DNA of 37,256 nt, from IMG/VR virus record IMGVR_UViG_2537561978_000007. One strand, given 5' to 3'. This DNA is from a virus. Lineage: Duplodnaviria > Heunggongvirae > Uroviricota > Caudoviricetes. The notes beneath the pieces are model-generated. The model did no database searches. It was not told the origin of the DNA and was given only the letters and a program-made list of their open reading frames with translations. The number at the start of each line of letters is the position of its first letter. The stretch's first letter is position 1. Positions 10,767-19,715 of this stretch are shown piece after piece. Position numbers and translations under genes: made by a program.

Positions 10767-10792
10767 TTTTCTTAAACGTTGGTTTAGGAGAA
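10767..10792. repeat. Invertase crossover site (left), hix/gix-like 26-bp site
   Basis: Minus-strand reading TTCTCCTAAACC-AA-CGTTTAAGAAAA; 15-bp perfect inverted repeat TTGGTTTAGGAGAAG (10779-10793) with the site inside gene H. Confidence 0.6.
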
Positions 10793-11137
10793 GCGGCGAA
10801 AAGGGATGTGGGCACAGGAGATAATCAGATACCGGATATGTCTTTCTGGTCTTCCGCATCGGGTGGCGTTAATTTCCCTAATGGATTCCAGATGCGATTC
10901 GGTGCTATCGCTGGTAATGGTGGAAAATTATTTTCTACGCCATTTACAAATCAGTGCTATGGCATTGTTTTCGGACAAACATATGGAGCCAACTACTGGA
11001 TGTTCAGCCCGATGTACAGAGCATCTGATCTGAGTAATACCAGTTTTGCATTCATTAACAAAGCCTGGTCTGGAATTCCGGGGACAGGTGCTCAGGACGC
11101 TGGTGAATCAGTTTTTTATATTGCAGTAGGGTATTAA
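10781..11137 (+). CDS. Alternative (currently unexpressed) tail-fibre C-terminal variable segment
   Basis: Frame continues from the crossover-site motif LGLGE shared with gene H (H: AYLGLGEG; here VGLGEAAK); no independent start expected, becomes H C-terminus after inversion. Confidence 0.55.
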   Translation, partial: GLGEAAKRDVGTGDNQIPDMSFWSSASGGVNFPNGFQMRFGAIAGNGGKLFSTPFTNQCYGIVFGQTYGANYWMFSPMYRASDLSNTSFAFINKAWSGIPGTGAQDAGESVFYIAVGY

Positions 11138-11138
11138 T

Positions 11139-11582
11139 ATGGAAATGGTTTATAGCGCCTCAAATAATAGTTTTTTCGCTAAAAATGATGTGGCGAAATA
11201 TGAACAGGCCGGATGGGAACTTGCTGATATTGTCGAAGTGACATATGACACTTACCTGGAATTTATTGAAGACAGAACGTTGCAAGGGAAAGTACGCATC
11301 GCGGGTGATGATGGCCTTCCCACCTGGGGGGAAATTCCACCGCCAACTCATGAGGAACAAATTGCCGCAGCCGAACTGGAAAAGCAGCAATTGATTAATC
11401 AGGTCAACGAATACATATACAGTAAGCAATGGCCTGGTAAAGCAGCGATTGGTCGCCTGAAAGGTGAGGAACTGGCGCAATATAATTTGTGGCTGGATTA
11501 TCTGGACGCACTGGAACTGGTTGATACCTCCAGTGCTCCAGATATTGAATGGCCTACGCCTCCGGCAGTTCAGGCCAGATGA
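11139..11582 (+). CDS. Alternative tail-fibre assembly chaperone (Tfa/U'-like)
   Basis: 147 aa; C-terminal tfa motif ...DYLDALELVDTSSAPDIEWPTPP paralleling the minus-strand tfa (...DYIDAVTATDTSTAPDVIWPELP); 3' ends of the two tfa genes overlap convergently. Confidence 0.7.
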   Translation: MEMVYSASNNSFFAKNDVAKYEQAGWELADIVEVTYDTYLEFIEDRTLQGKVRIAGDDGLPTWGEIPPPTHEEQIAAAELEKQQLINQVNEYIYSKQWPGKAAIGRLKGEELAQYNLWLDYLDALELVDTSSAPDIEWPTPPAVQAR

Positions 11583-12156
11583 CGTCCGGCGCTGTGCTGG
11601 TATCTGTTGCCGTCACCGCATCAATGTAATCCAGCACAGCGTTAAGTCGGGTGTTTTCTGTCTGCGTCAGCTTCCGCCCGGCCTGCAATTTCAGTTGAAT
11701 CAGACTAATGGAAGCCATTGCAGTATCAATCAGTGACTGACGCTGTGCTTCTGCCGCGTCTAGTGTGGCGCTATGCTGTGCCTCAGTATCTGTCACCCAT
11801 TTCTCACCATCCCATTCATCGTATGGCGTTAACGGGGCGATAGTGGTTGTATTTTCAGGGTAATCACCTGGTGCTGTGATTTCTTTTGATTCTCCTGTTT
11901 CGGTGCTAAAAACGATTTCACCGCGATGGTCTGGCACATATTCCCATGAGTTAAAATCTGCAGAACGGCAGATTGCATAACCAGCTTTACATGTAACTGG
12001 TGAATCTAAACAGGAATATGCAGGGATACCGACACCAATGGCAAGATATTCATTTGAAGTAGAAATATATTCCCGAGTTTTACCATCATAGTTATAGACG
12101 GTAATATTCCCCGCCTTCGTGGCAATAATCTCGCTATTTAATACGGCGTTATCCAT
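11554..12156 (-). CDS. G: Tail-fibre assembly chaperone (gpG/Tfa), active orientation
   Basis: 200 aa; immediately downstream of H; conserved tfa C-terminus. Confidence 0.8.
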   Translation of the reverse strand: MDNAVLNSEIIATKAGNITVYNYDGKTREYISTSNEYLAIGVGIPAYSCLDSPVTCKAGYAICRSADFNSWEYVPDHRGEIVFSTETGESKEITAPGDYPENTTTIAPLTPYDEWDGEKWVTDTEAQHSATLDAAEAQRQSLIDTAMASISLIQLKLQAGRKLTQTENTRLNAVLDYIDAVTATDTSTAPDVIWPELPEA

Positions 12157-13619
12157 TATGCAGCCCTTACGATATAGTTAAATGCAATATTTCGTGGACG
12201 GGTTTCGCTTCCGCCATATGATGATGTAAATCCCGAATATGCCCGGTGTCCCGCATCCGTCGTATTAGCCCAGGAAGGACCGCTAGAAGTATAGATGACC
12301 CCATTGTAATCATGGCCGTGTGCCTCAATGCTCCCGTCCTGAGCAGACAGGAGAGTCCGTCCTGAATCAATTCCTCTTCCATCATCCCACCCACGAATGA
12401 ATTCGCCGCGTAAATCTGGCAATTTATTTGTCGGATAAACTTTTGCCAGTTCCGGATACTCTTCGGCAGAAAAAGCTGCACCGTTGCATTTCAGCCAGCC
12501 TGTTGGCGGTGTGACTGAAGGCCACGGAACAGGCACACCTACGGGTAATGCAGAGCCTTCTCCTAAACCAAGGTATGCGAGAAGACCAGCAACATCCTTT
12601 CCACTCAAATTAGTCAGCGTATTGTCCAGCGGTTGTTTACCTGCTAGCGCATTAAGCATTGTCGTGGCAAAGTTCGGGTCATTCCCCAGCGCCGCCGCCA
12701 GTTCGTTCAATGTATCCAGTGCCGCAGGTGCAGACCCCACCATTGCTGCAATCGCCGATTTCACAAAAGCCGTAGTGGCAATCTGTGTATTGTTAACCGA
12801 CTGTGCGGCAGTAGGGGCTGTTGGCGTTCCGGTGAGTGCCGGACTCGACAGCGGCGCTTTCAGTGCCAGCGCATTGTTAATGGTGGTACTGAATTTCGGA
12901 TCATTGTTAATGGCTGCGGCTATTTCTTTTAGCGTGTCCAGCGTGGCTGGCGCACCATTAATAAGGGCCGTCAGTGCCGCCTGAACAAACGCGGTGGTCG
13001 CAAGTTGCGTGGTATTATTCCCCGCCGCTGGCGTCGGCGCTTTGGGGGTTCCGGTAAATATCGGGCTGGCTTTTGGCGCATACTGTGAATGTGGGTCCGC
13101 TGCGGCAAGGTGTTTTGCCATTTGGTCATCCACATACACCTTCAGCTCCAGTGCCTTATCATCCACATACTTGCGAGTTGCCAGTACTACAGCAGGGTCG
13201 ATTTTCAGGGTGATATTGTCCGTACTGCTGGTAATCAGCACCATGCGCACGGTCTGGGTACGCCCGCTGCCTTCAGCCAGTTGCGGCTTATAGCTTTCCG
13301 GGCAGTTTCCCACGGCAATCAATACCCCGGACTCATCAAACAGGCCCACTTCACGTATCCACCAACCACCCTCATTTTCAGGGATCACCTGTTCAGCAAT
13401 AATCTGGCTGCTGTTCTGCGGGTCGATATAGAGCATATTCAGCGCAGCCCGGCGTTTCTCATTTACCAATGCTGTCTGCTTGGCGTCCGGCGTTGGCAAT
13501 GTTCCGCCGCCATCGCCGACCGCCATATGGGTAATTTTTAAAGGCACACCGAGCGCGGCGGCGCTGGCGAGTTTCGCCGCGCCAATATCCGTCAGCAGGG
13601 TATAAAATTTTGTGCTCAT
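12156..13619 (-). CDS. H: Tail fibre protein H (constant N-terminus plus currently linked variable C-terminus)
   Basis: 487 aa; P2 gpH-like N-terminus (MSTKFYTLLTDIGAAKLASAAALG...); crossover site embedded at codons for LGLGE. Confidence 0.85.
   Translation of the reverse strand: MSTKFYTLLTDIGAAKLASAAALGVPLKITHMAVGDGGGTLPTPDAKQTALVNEKRRAALNMLYIDPQNSSQIIAEQVIPENEGGWWIREVGLFDESGVLIAVGNCPESYKPQLAEGSGRTQTVRMVLITSSTDNITLKIDPAVVLATRKYVDDKALELKVYVDDQMAKHLAAADPHSQYAPKASPIFTGTPKAPTPAAGNNTTQLATTAFVQAALTALINGAPATLDTLKEIAAAINNDPKFSTTINNALALKAPLSSPALTGTPTAPTAAQSVNNTQIATTAFVKSAIAAMVGSAPAALDTLNELAAALGNDPNFATTMLNALAGKQPLDNTLTNLSGKDVAGLLAYLGLGEGSALPVGVPVPWPSVTPPTGWLKCNGAAFSAEEYPELAKVYPTNKLPDLRGEFIRGWDDGRGIDSGRTLLSAQDGSIEAHGHDYNGVIYTSSGPSWANTTDAGHRAYSGFTSSYGGSETRPRNIAFNYIVRAA
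12558..12583. repeat. Invertase crossover site (right), hix/gix-like 26-bp site inside gene H
   Basis: TTCTCCTAAACC-AA-GGTATGCGAGAA; same architecture as hixL (12-bp half sites around a 2-bp core). Confidence 0.6.
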
Positions 13620-14221
13620 GGATTCACTCTCATTGTGTCAATAACATGGACCGCTCCGCCTTCATGCGCGGTGCCGCCGGAAATAATTGTTTCGTTGATA
13701 TACGGATAGATCGTGATTTCTTCGCCAAGATAGCTGGCAGCTCCCACCCAATGCGGGCCGCTGGTCTGCAGGTTGATGGACATGCCGATCATGTGACGGC
13801 TACATGGTTTGGCATCGCTTATCAGTCGCTCAAGTTCCAGATAGGTATCTTCAGTGATGCCCTGGTCCTGCACGCCGATATCCAGACGAAACGTGCCCGG
13901 AGTCTCTCCGGTCTGCCACCACTCAATAATGCGGATCAGAAAGCCGAACGGCTCCACCACCCGCCGCACGGCACTGGTGGTCCCTTTATGCTGATGAATA
14001 TAAAAAGCATCCTTCACCACCTGGCGCTTGACGCTTTCTGTCCAGCCCTCGTCCCAGCGATCCACAGAGAACGCCCAGGCGAGATAAGGCAGGAAACTGA
14101 CCGGACAGGTTGCCGGATTCCACAAGTCACGCAGCGGCACCTGCAGATCAGAAATCCCGCTACAGGTCTGCGCCAGTCGGCGCTCCAGTGAAGTTGAACC
14201 CAGTGGCAGCAGACTATTCAT
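13616..14221 (-). CDS. I: Baseplate/tail protein I
   Basis: 201 aa; P2 gpI-like; 4-bp overlap with H start. Confidence 0.85.
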   Translation of the reverse strand: MNSLLPLGSTSLERRLAQTCSGISDLQVPLRDLWNPATCPVSFLPYLAWAFSVDRWDEGWTESVKRQVVKDAFYIHQHKGTTSAVRRVVEPFGFLIRIIEWWQTGETPGTFRLDIGVQDQGITEDTYLELERLISDAKPCSRHMIGMSINLQTSGPHWVGAASYLGEEITIYPYINETIISGGTAHEGGAVHVIDTMRVNP

Positions 14222-15122
14222 CCGTTCCTCCGTTGGTTACGCTCCACTGCGTACATGATGCGGCCTGTGTTTTGTTCAGGACCACATCAGCCAGCGGTGA
14301 AGCCAGCTCCACACGTTGAACCCCCTCAACATGCAGCGCGGCAAAAATGGCACTACGGCGAATATCCCGACCAAGCCGCGTCTGACTGGCGATGTACTTC
14401 TGCAGGCTGGCTTTTGCCGCTGCCATTACCGGCTCCGCTTCCGGTCCCGGATAGAGAAAAATGGTGGCTTCCACACGGTACGGGATGATTTCTGCGCTGC
14501 GAACCGTCAGACGGTCAGCCACCGGGCGGACGTTCTCACTGTTCAGGGCTTTCTCCACCACATCCAGCAAGTCTTTTTCTGCTGTTCCGTCGCCTTCACG
14601 GCTCAGGACAGTAAGCACCACCTCTGCAGGAGCCGGACTGGTTGCACTGGCATCCGCCACCCGACCGTCGGCGCTTCGGGCATGAAATTCATAAGCTGCA
14701 GTTGGTCCCGCAACTGAAAGCCCCTCAAAGGCTGCAGGCACACGCAGGCGTAACGCTTCATCGCTTTCCATCACTGCTGCAACGGGCGGCACAGCGTCAT
14801 TATCAGCAGGTGTCACCGTCAGGCGTTTCACGTTGTAGTTGGCAGCGAGCTGGTCAAGATCGCCGCCCATCGCGTAAGCCACCATCACCGCCTGCGCGGC
14901 TTCGTTAATGCGTTGGCGCAGAAGCAACTCACGGTAAGTATTCTCCTGCAACAATTTGGTGACGGGTTCAGATTCCAGTTCCAGCGTGCGGATCACTGCT
15001 TCCTGCTCATCTTTCGGATGAAGCGCCACAAATTCTGCCTTGCGTTCGGTAAGCAGCGTCTCAAAGTCCGGCACATCCACAATCTGCGGCGCAGGCAACT
15101 GCGAAAGGTCAATCACTGCCAT
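14214..15122 (-). CDS. J: Baseplate assembly protein J
   Basis: P2 gpJ-like from MAVIDLSQLPAPQ...; start chosen at internal Met (ORF track extends to 15161). Confidence 0.85.
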   Translation of the reverse strand: MAVIDLSQLPAPQIVDVPDFETLLTERKAEFVALHPKDEQEAVIRTLELESEPVTKLLQENTYRELLLRQRINEAAQAVMVAYAMGGDLDQLAANYNVKRLTVTPADNDAVPPVAAVMESDEALRLRVPAAFEGLSVAGPTAAYEFHARSADGRVADASATSPAPAEVVLTVLSREGDGTAEKDLLDVVEKALNSENVRPVADRLTVRSAEIIPYRVEATIFLYPGPEAEPVMAAAKASLQKYIASQTRLGRDIRRSAIFAALHVEGVQRVELASPLADVVLNKTQAASCTQWSVTNGGTDE

Positions 15123-15468
15123 TCTCTGCTCCTGTCGATACGGAAAGGGACACAGGTACACCGTTATTCCGCCGCCCGGTCAGCTCCACCACCATAGAAC
15201 CGTCAAAGTTGCTGTTGATGGTGATGGAATCCAGCGTCAGCCGTGGCTCCCAGCGACTCAGCGCCACATACACTGCCGACATGACCTGCAGGCGTAACGC
15301 CGGATTTTGTGGCTGGTCTATCAGTGCCGACAGCAGGGAACCATATTCCCGGCGGGCAATGCGGCTACCCTGCGGTGTCAGCAGAATGTCCCGCACCGAC
15401 TGGCGCAGATGGTCAATATCAGTAATAGCTTTGCCGCTGGTATTGTTCATCCCGCTATAAAGCGTCAT
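15109..15468 (-). CDS. W: Baseplate assembly protein W
   Basis: 119 aa; P2 gpW-like (GpW/gp25 lysozyme-like baseplate wedge). Confidence 0.85.
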   Translation of the reverse strand: MTLYSGMNNTSGKAITDIDHLRQSVRDILLTPQGSRIARREYGSLLSALIDQPQNPALRLQVMSAVYVALSRWEPRLTLDSITINSNFDGSMVVELTGRRNNGVPVSLSVSTGAENGSD

Positions 15469-16043
15469 ACCGGGCCTCCGGTTGTGTCGCCGCCTTTCAG
15501 GACGCCAGTATGCTGATGTGCATCAACCACAATTCCGTTAGAACTCATTGCACCGCCGCCCTGGGTAACACCACCATTGATCACTACTTCGCTGTTAATA
15601 CGCGTGCGGTCAGCCTCCAGCACAAACTCTCTGGTTTTCAGGGTGATGTTGTCAGCAGCCTCAATGACCATGGATTTGATGCCCCTGACATACCAGCGCC
15701 CGGTGGCTGGTTCGTATTCAAACCAGCCACCGTCAGGATGTTCTGTCACGCAGGCTTCCGCCGACGTCGACGGTGGTGCGAACTGATTCGAATAGACAGC
15801 GGGCAGCGCAAAGGCGGTTTCCAGATTTCCTCCCAGACTCAGCAGCACCACCTGCTCACCTTCCGATGGTCGCCACCATGTGCGGGCATTACCCGCGCGC
15901 AGCGTCAGCCAGTTAATCCAGTTGGTTTCAAGGTCGCCCGTTTTCACCCGACAAAGCCAGTTTTCCTTGTCCACTTCAGTGACTACCCCTGTGCGGATCA
16001 GGTTGGTGATAAGGCGCATGATTTCTGTGAGTTGTGTATTCAT
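15465..16043 (-). CDS. V: Baseplate spike/assembly protein V
   Basis: P2 gpV-like from MNTQLTEIMRL...; start chosen at internal Met, the upstream 22 codons of the ORF are AT-rich intergenic sequence. Confidence 0.8.
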   Translation of the reverse strand: MNTQLTEIMRLITNLIRTGVVTEVDKENWLCRVKTGDLETNWINWLTLRAGNARTWWRPSEGEQVVLLSLGGNLETAFALPAVYSNQFAPPSTSAEACVTEHPDGGWFEYEPATGRWYVRGIKSMVIEAADNITLKTREFVLEADRTRINSEVVINGGVTQGGGAMSSNGIVVDAHQHTGVLKGGDTTGGPV

Positions 16044-16136
16044 AAGATTATTTTTCCATGCTTTACACAACCTCTTCAAACAGCTTATTTTGTATAAAAG
16101 AAGATACAATTTTCTTTGAAAAGAAATAAACCCTCT

Positions 16137-16191
16137 GGTTAGAGGTTAGAGGTTAGAGGTTAGAGGTTAGAGGTTAGAGGTTAGAGGTTAG
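16137..16191. repeat. Perfect heptanucleotide tandem repeat (GGTTAGA) x7 plus a partial copy
   Basis: Read directly: ggttagaggttagaggttagaggttagaggttagaggttagaggttag; intergenic between gene V and the OLD-like cargo gene. Confidence 0.95.
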
Positions 16192-16199
16192 TAGAATAT

Positions 16200-16217
16200 C
16201 GCAGGGTTTCCCCTGCG
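16200..16217 (-). terminator. Short hairpin just downstream of the cargo-gene stop
   Basis: CGCAGGG-tttc-CCCTGCG, 9 bp after the stop at 16226; no strong U-tract, so weak. Confidence 0.3.
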
Positions 16218-16225
16218 ACCATTTA

Positions 16226-18184
16226 TCAATTAAACTTTACAGGTTTATCACTTATAAAAAAATTTTCAATTTTGGCAATCCACTCTGGCCTTTTCCGCTC
16301 ATTTCGCTCACAGATTGAAATATATTCCTTTGAAAAATCAAACTTAATTCCTTCACGGTCAAAAAAAGCATCAAGCGTTTTTTTGTTCTTGGGTGACAAA
16401 TCCATCGCAGCAAACGATGAATGTCTTTCATCTATCATAACATTACTATTAGGCAGCAATGCCTGAAGCTCAGGAAAACGTGAAGAAAATGATGTTAAAG
16501 CCTCTATAAACGATACAGGATTAAGACAATCCTCTATTTCTGTTGCAGGAGAAACTGGATTGGAAGAAATATCAACCAACTTCACTGAATCACCTACACT
16601 AACAATTCGCTTACAAACAACATGCGGCATAACTGGGGTATCATATGACACCAACTCTGAATCTGTATCGGTTAGTAAGAACACTTTTCCTTTGAGGTCT
16701 TTTTTGAACTCTTCATAAGAAGCTTCTAAATGCTTAAATATTTTTTTAACTTCACTAGCTCCCCCTACAGGCACAATCCTTAGCCTTTTATTTTCTACCA
16801 AGTCCTTTAGATAATGCGAAAGATATATTTTTTCTGTAGTACCCTCACAAATCAACCAATTGTAAGGTTTCTCAGCCAAACAGCTAGATATTATGGATTG
16901 TATAAGGTCATTTACACTTTTTATTTTTATATCAAATGGCATACCCGGGGAAGAGGTTTTTACTTTCTTCCTGACTTCTTCTCTATAACTGGCAAGATCA
17001 TATAATTCAAAATGATGAGTTGAATCTGTTTTAAGGATAGTTGTGGTACATCCATTTTCGACGGTTGGAAGATAGCCATACCAATGTGAAGTAAATATTA
17101 ATTGTTCACATATACCACTAATAGAATAGAGCTTTTCAAATTGTTCAAAACATGCAGACATATGAAGAGAACATTCTGGCTCATCAATTCCAATAATCAG
17201 ATTATCGCCATTTTCTCTATGATTGGTAAGAAACCCATATGCAATATCCATTATTGCACGTTGCTTCTCCCCTGAACTTAGCGAGCTAATTTCAATCCAA
17301 CCTGAATTCTGCTTTTTATTTAATTTCCTAACTTTGAAGAATGCTTCGATAATCAAATTATAAACATCTTTCTTTTTTAATCGCGATTGTCTCTCGCCAG
17401 ATGTTCTATAACCATATTCTTCAAGCTCCTCTTCAACACCATCCAGAAATTTGGCAAGCCCTGTATTGATTTGACTTATGGTTCTATCAGATATTCTATC
17501 TTTAATTATCTGCTCTAAAGACTCACCCATCAACTTTTGTACTTCACTTGTTTCTAGCTTCGTAAACGATTCAGAGTCTATATCCTTTGGAATATATATA
17601 TATTCATACTTATGGCGGACATGATGTAATAAATACCCAAAGTGCTTACTAAGCAACTCGCTCGAAACTTTATTATCGGGATTATCAACCTCCAAAAGTC
17701 GACATAAACTCTTCCCATTAAGAATCGAAATACTTACATCACCATCTTTCTCGACACCCAGAGGGATCAAAAAATAATCTTGGAGATTTAAATTTCTTTT
17801 TAATTTGTTAATATGTTCAAAAAACGTATTAATTATATTTCGTGTTGTTGGCGTCAATGTAACATCAGCATTACTATTGCTATATTCTAATACTAATTGC
17901 GTTAAGATTTCAGCTTTAGCATGATGATCTTCATGTAATTCCTCTCGCTTTATAAGATATAAAGGAACAATATGTGGAGAAGGTCTGTCACTGGAGGTTC
18001 TTTTAAATGAAGAATTAATATTCCATGGTTTGTTATTAATAAACGAATCTAAAGCCTCAAGAACAGAACTTTTGCCAATTCCATTGTTACCAACAATTCC
18101 ACAAAACTGACTTCCAGAAGATAACGGTATGTAATGATTTCCGTTGTATGTTTTAAAATACCTTAAAAAAATCCCTACTATCAT
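16226..18184 (-). CDS. OLD-family ABC-ATPase/Toprim nuclease (class-1 OLD-like or fused PARIS-like); anti-phage defence candidate
   Basis: 652 aa; Walker A GIVGNNGIGKSSVLEAL; ABC signature-like LSSGEKQ; Walker B/D-loop LIIGIDEPECSLH; H-loop TSH; C-terminal Toprim motifs ICEGTTE and LLTDTDSE; aligns by eye to P2 Old (LVGYNNAGKS, FIDEPELYLHP, LLVEGKTE, ADCDF); strongly AT-rich relative to flanking phage genes. Confidence 0.75.
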   Translation of the reverse strand: MIVGIFLRYFKTYNGNHYIPLSSGSQFCGIVGNNGIGKSSVLEALDSFINNKPWNINSSFKRTSSDRPSPHIVPLYLIKREELHEDHHAKAEILTQLVLEYSNSNADVTLTPTTRNIINTFFEHINKLKRNLNLQDYFLIPLGVEKDGDVSISILNGKSLCRLLEVDNPDNKVSSELLSKHFGYLLHHVRHKYEYIYIPKDIDSESFTKLETSEVQKLMGESLEQIIKDRISDRTISQINTGLAKFLDGVEEELEEYGYRTSGERQSRLKKKDVYNLIIEAFFKVRKLNKKQNSGWIEISSLSSGEKQRAIMDIAYGFLTNHRENGDNLIIGIDEPECSLHMSACFEQFEKLYSISGICEQLIFTSHWYGYLPTVENGCTTTILKTDSTHHFELYDLASYREEVRKKVKTSSPGMPFDIKIKSVNDLIQSIISSCLAEKPYNWLICEGTTEKIYLSHYLKDLVENKRLRIVPVGGASEVKKIFKHLEASYEEFKKDLKGKVFLLTDTDSELVSYDTPVMPHVVCKRIVSVGDSVKLVDISSNPVSPATEIEDCLNPVSFIEALTSFSSRFPELQALLPNSNVMIDERHSSFAAMDLSPKNKKTLDAFFDREGIKFDFSKEYISICERNERKRPEWIAKIENFFISDKPVKFN

Positions 18185-18329
18185 AAAATTAGCTCCATTA
18201 GTGAGGTGAAGACATTAAAGTACAACAAGATTAATCTCAAAAAAAGAGCTTTATAGTATATTCAAGCAAGGTATCTTATGTAGAACGATAAAGTCTCCCT
18301 CCACTAATTCTCTTAACCCACTATTTACT

Positions 18330-18767
18330 TTAGCGTTTTAAGTAAACACCCAAGTTCAAGTTACTAATATCCTTAGTAAATCCTAAAAGCCTTCTCTCAG
18401 GGTACTGTACTTTTAAACCTCTTCGACTAACACGGTCACGCAGTCCATAGTGGTGTACACAGGCGATGCGCTGGACTTTTCCATCAAAATACACGCAGGC
18501 ATAATCCGCTGTGGCGGCAGTTTTCAGGTATTTATTAGTGCGCAATTTGGCGAACATCTGGCGTTTGATGCGCCCCTTCTTACTGCGGGCTGCTACCCGG
18601 CGCGGCTCAAAGCCGCTGCCATCAGGGTTAAGCTGCAGCCTGATATTCTTCTGCTGATTGCGGCGCAACTCCTGCGCCAGTTCCCGCATCATACGCTGGC
18701 GTGTGGCAGGCTCCAGATTCGCCAGCAAGGCCGCCAGCCACTCATCCACCTTCTGCAGTTCAGCCAC
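18330..18767 (-). CDS. S: Tail completion protein S
   Basis: 145 aa; P2 gpS-like; overlaps R by 8 bp. Confidence 0.8.
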   Translation of the reverse strand: MAELQKVDEWLAALLANLEPATRQRMMRELAQELRRNQQKNIRLQLNPDGSGFEPRRVAARSKKGRIKRQMFAKLRTNKYLKTAATADYACVYFDGKVQRIACVHHYGLRDRVSRRGLKVQYPERRLLGFTKDISNLNLGVYLKR

Positions 18768-19212
18768 GTTTCACCGTCCACATTTCTTCAGGTTCATCAG
18801 GTTCCGCTATAGCTTCAACGCTCGACACACTGCCGTCAGTGCTGACCAGCACACGCTCCGTCAGTTGCAGGTTAAGGCTGATATCACAGACATCGTTGCG
18901 CAGAATATCCACCTCAAAGGTGAATAACTTTTCCCGTAACGCCGGATTATTGATGGCATCGGGCTGGTTATCCCGCAGCCACAGCAAAACCGGGGCCATC
19001 AGCAGATTCTGGTCGCCGCTGAAATCCTCAATCACCACGTTCAGGGTGTAGCGGTACTCCCATGACATGGAGCTGGCCCCCGTGGCAACCAGCGAACCGT
19101 TATCCACAAACAGATGCAGTTTGTCCGGGTTATTGCGGACATAAGGCACCGCCTTATTGAGGGCGTGGCGCAGGGATTGTGGTTTGTTCACTGTTTCGCT
19201 CCTGACACGCAA
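18760..19212 (-). CDS. R: Tail completion protein R
   Basis: 150 aa; P2 gpR-like. Confidence 0.8.
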   Translation of the reverse strand: MRVRSETVNKPQSLRHALNKAVPYVRNNPDKLHLFVDNGSLVATGASSMSWEYRYTLNVVIEDFSGDQNLLMAPVLLWLRDNQPDAINNPALREKLFTFEVDILRNDVCDISLNLQLTERVLVSTDGSVSSVEAIAEPDEPEEMWTVKRG

Positions 19213-19444
19213 TAATCATGTCCACTTTGTCTGCACAGACCGCCCAGGCGGCCTCCGTTTCATCCAACAACGCGTTCAGATCACCGTTAATGCGCGGCGC
19301 TGCCTGATCCAGCCGACACGGCGTCACTCGCGGACAACCACTGACGGTAAGCTGCACCTCCGGTGAGCGTGGGGCGTTCCCGCAGCCGGATAATGTCAGC
19401 AGGCAAAGGAGTATCAGCCCAGCGGCGTAAATCCTCGTTCTCAC
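19154..19444 (-). CDS. lysC: Outer-membrane spanin lipoprotein LysC (Rz1-like)
   Basis: 96 aa with lipoprotein signal (LLTLSGC); gene begins inside lysB in another frame, as in P2. Confidence 0.65.
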   Translation of the reverse strand: MRTRIYAAGLILLCLLTLSGCGNAPRSPEVQLTVSGCPRVTPCRLDQAAPRINGDLNALLDETEAAWAVCADKVDMIIACQERNSEQTTIPAPRPQ

Positions 19445-19715
19445 GTTTCAGTTCCTCAATCCGGTGTTGTCGTTGTCTCAGCAGTGCGCTGGTCTGTTCT
19501 GCGTCGGCATAGAGCCGCGCCTGCTCCCGGTTGTTGGTTTCAGCCAGAATGGACAGGCTGATAAGCTGGCTGTTGCTCTTTGCCAGTGCCTGGCTTTTGC
19601 TCTGCAGCTCGTCTGCCTGCGTGCTAATGGTCTGGCTGGCATCAGCCAGCCGCCACGTCTGCCAGCCCAGCGCCGCCAGTAATAACGCCAGCACAACCAG
19701 CAGCAACCGGTTCAT
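19287..19715 (-). CDS. lysB: Inner-membrane spanin LysB (Rz-like)
   Basis: 142 aa; N-terminal TM then coiled coil; P2 LysB-like. Confidence 0.75.
   Translation of the reverse strand: MNRLLLVVLALLLAALGWQTWRLADASQTISTQADELQSKSQALAKSNSQLISLSILAETNNREQARLYADAEQTSALLRQRQHRIEELKRENEDLRRWADTPLPADIIRLRERPTLTGGAAYRQWLSASDAVSAGSGSAAH

Larger units (their letters stand above)
10767..12583. mobile_element. Invertible tail-fibre host-range segment (G/C/P-segment type)
   Basis: Bounded by inverted 26-bp crossover sites; contains two convergent tail-fibre assembly genes and two alternative tail-fibre C-terminal coding segments; invertase gene adjacent. Confidence 0.7.

Noticed and set aside
10739-10780. 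Apparent Met start of the plus-strand alternative tail-fibre ORF
   Set aside because: These codons lie outside or at the crossover site; the segment is a promoterless C-terminal cassette that is only expressed when fused to H by inversion, not an independent gene.
12167-12481. 104-aa minus-strand ORF overlapping the C-terminus of gene H in another frame
   Set aside because: Fully embedded in gene H in another frame; no independent signals.
15510-16097. 195-aa plus-strand ORF opposite gene V
   Set aside because: Antisense to the baseplate gene V; no independent support.
16137-16191. GGTTAGA tandem array as a CRISPR array
   Set aside because: Repeat unit is 7 bp with no spacers; CRISPR repeats are about 24-48 bp separated by unique spacers.
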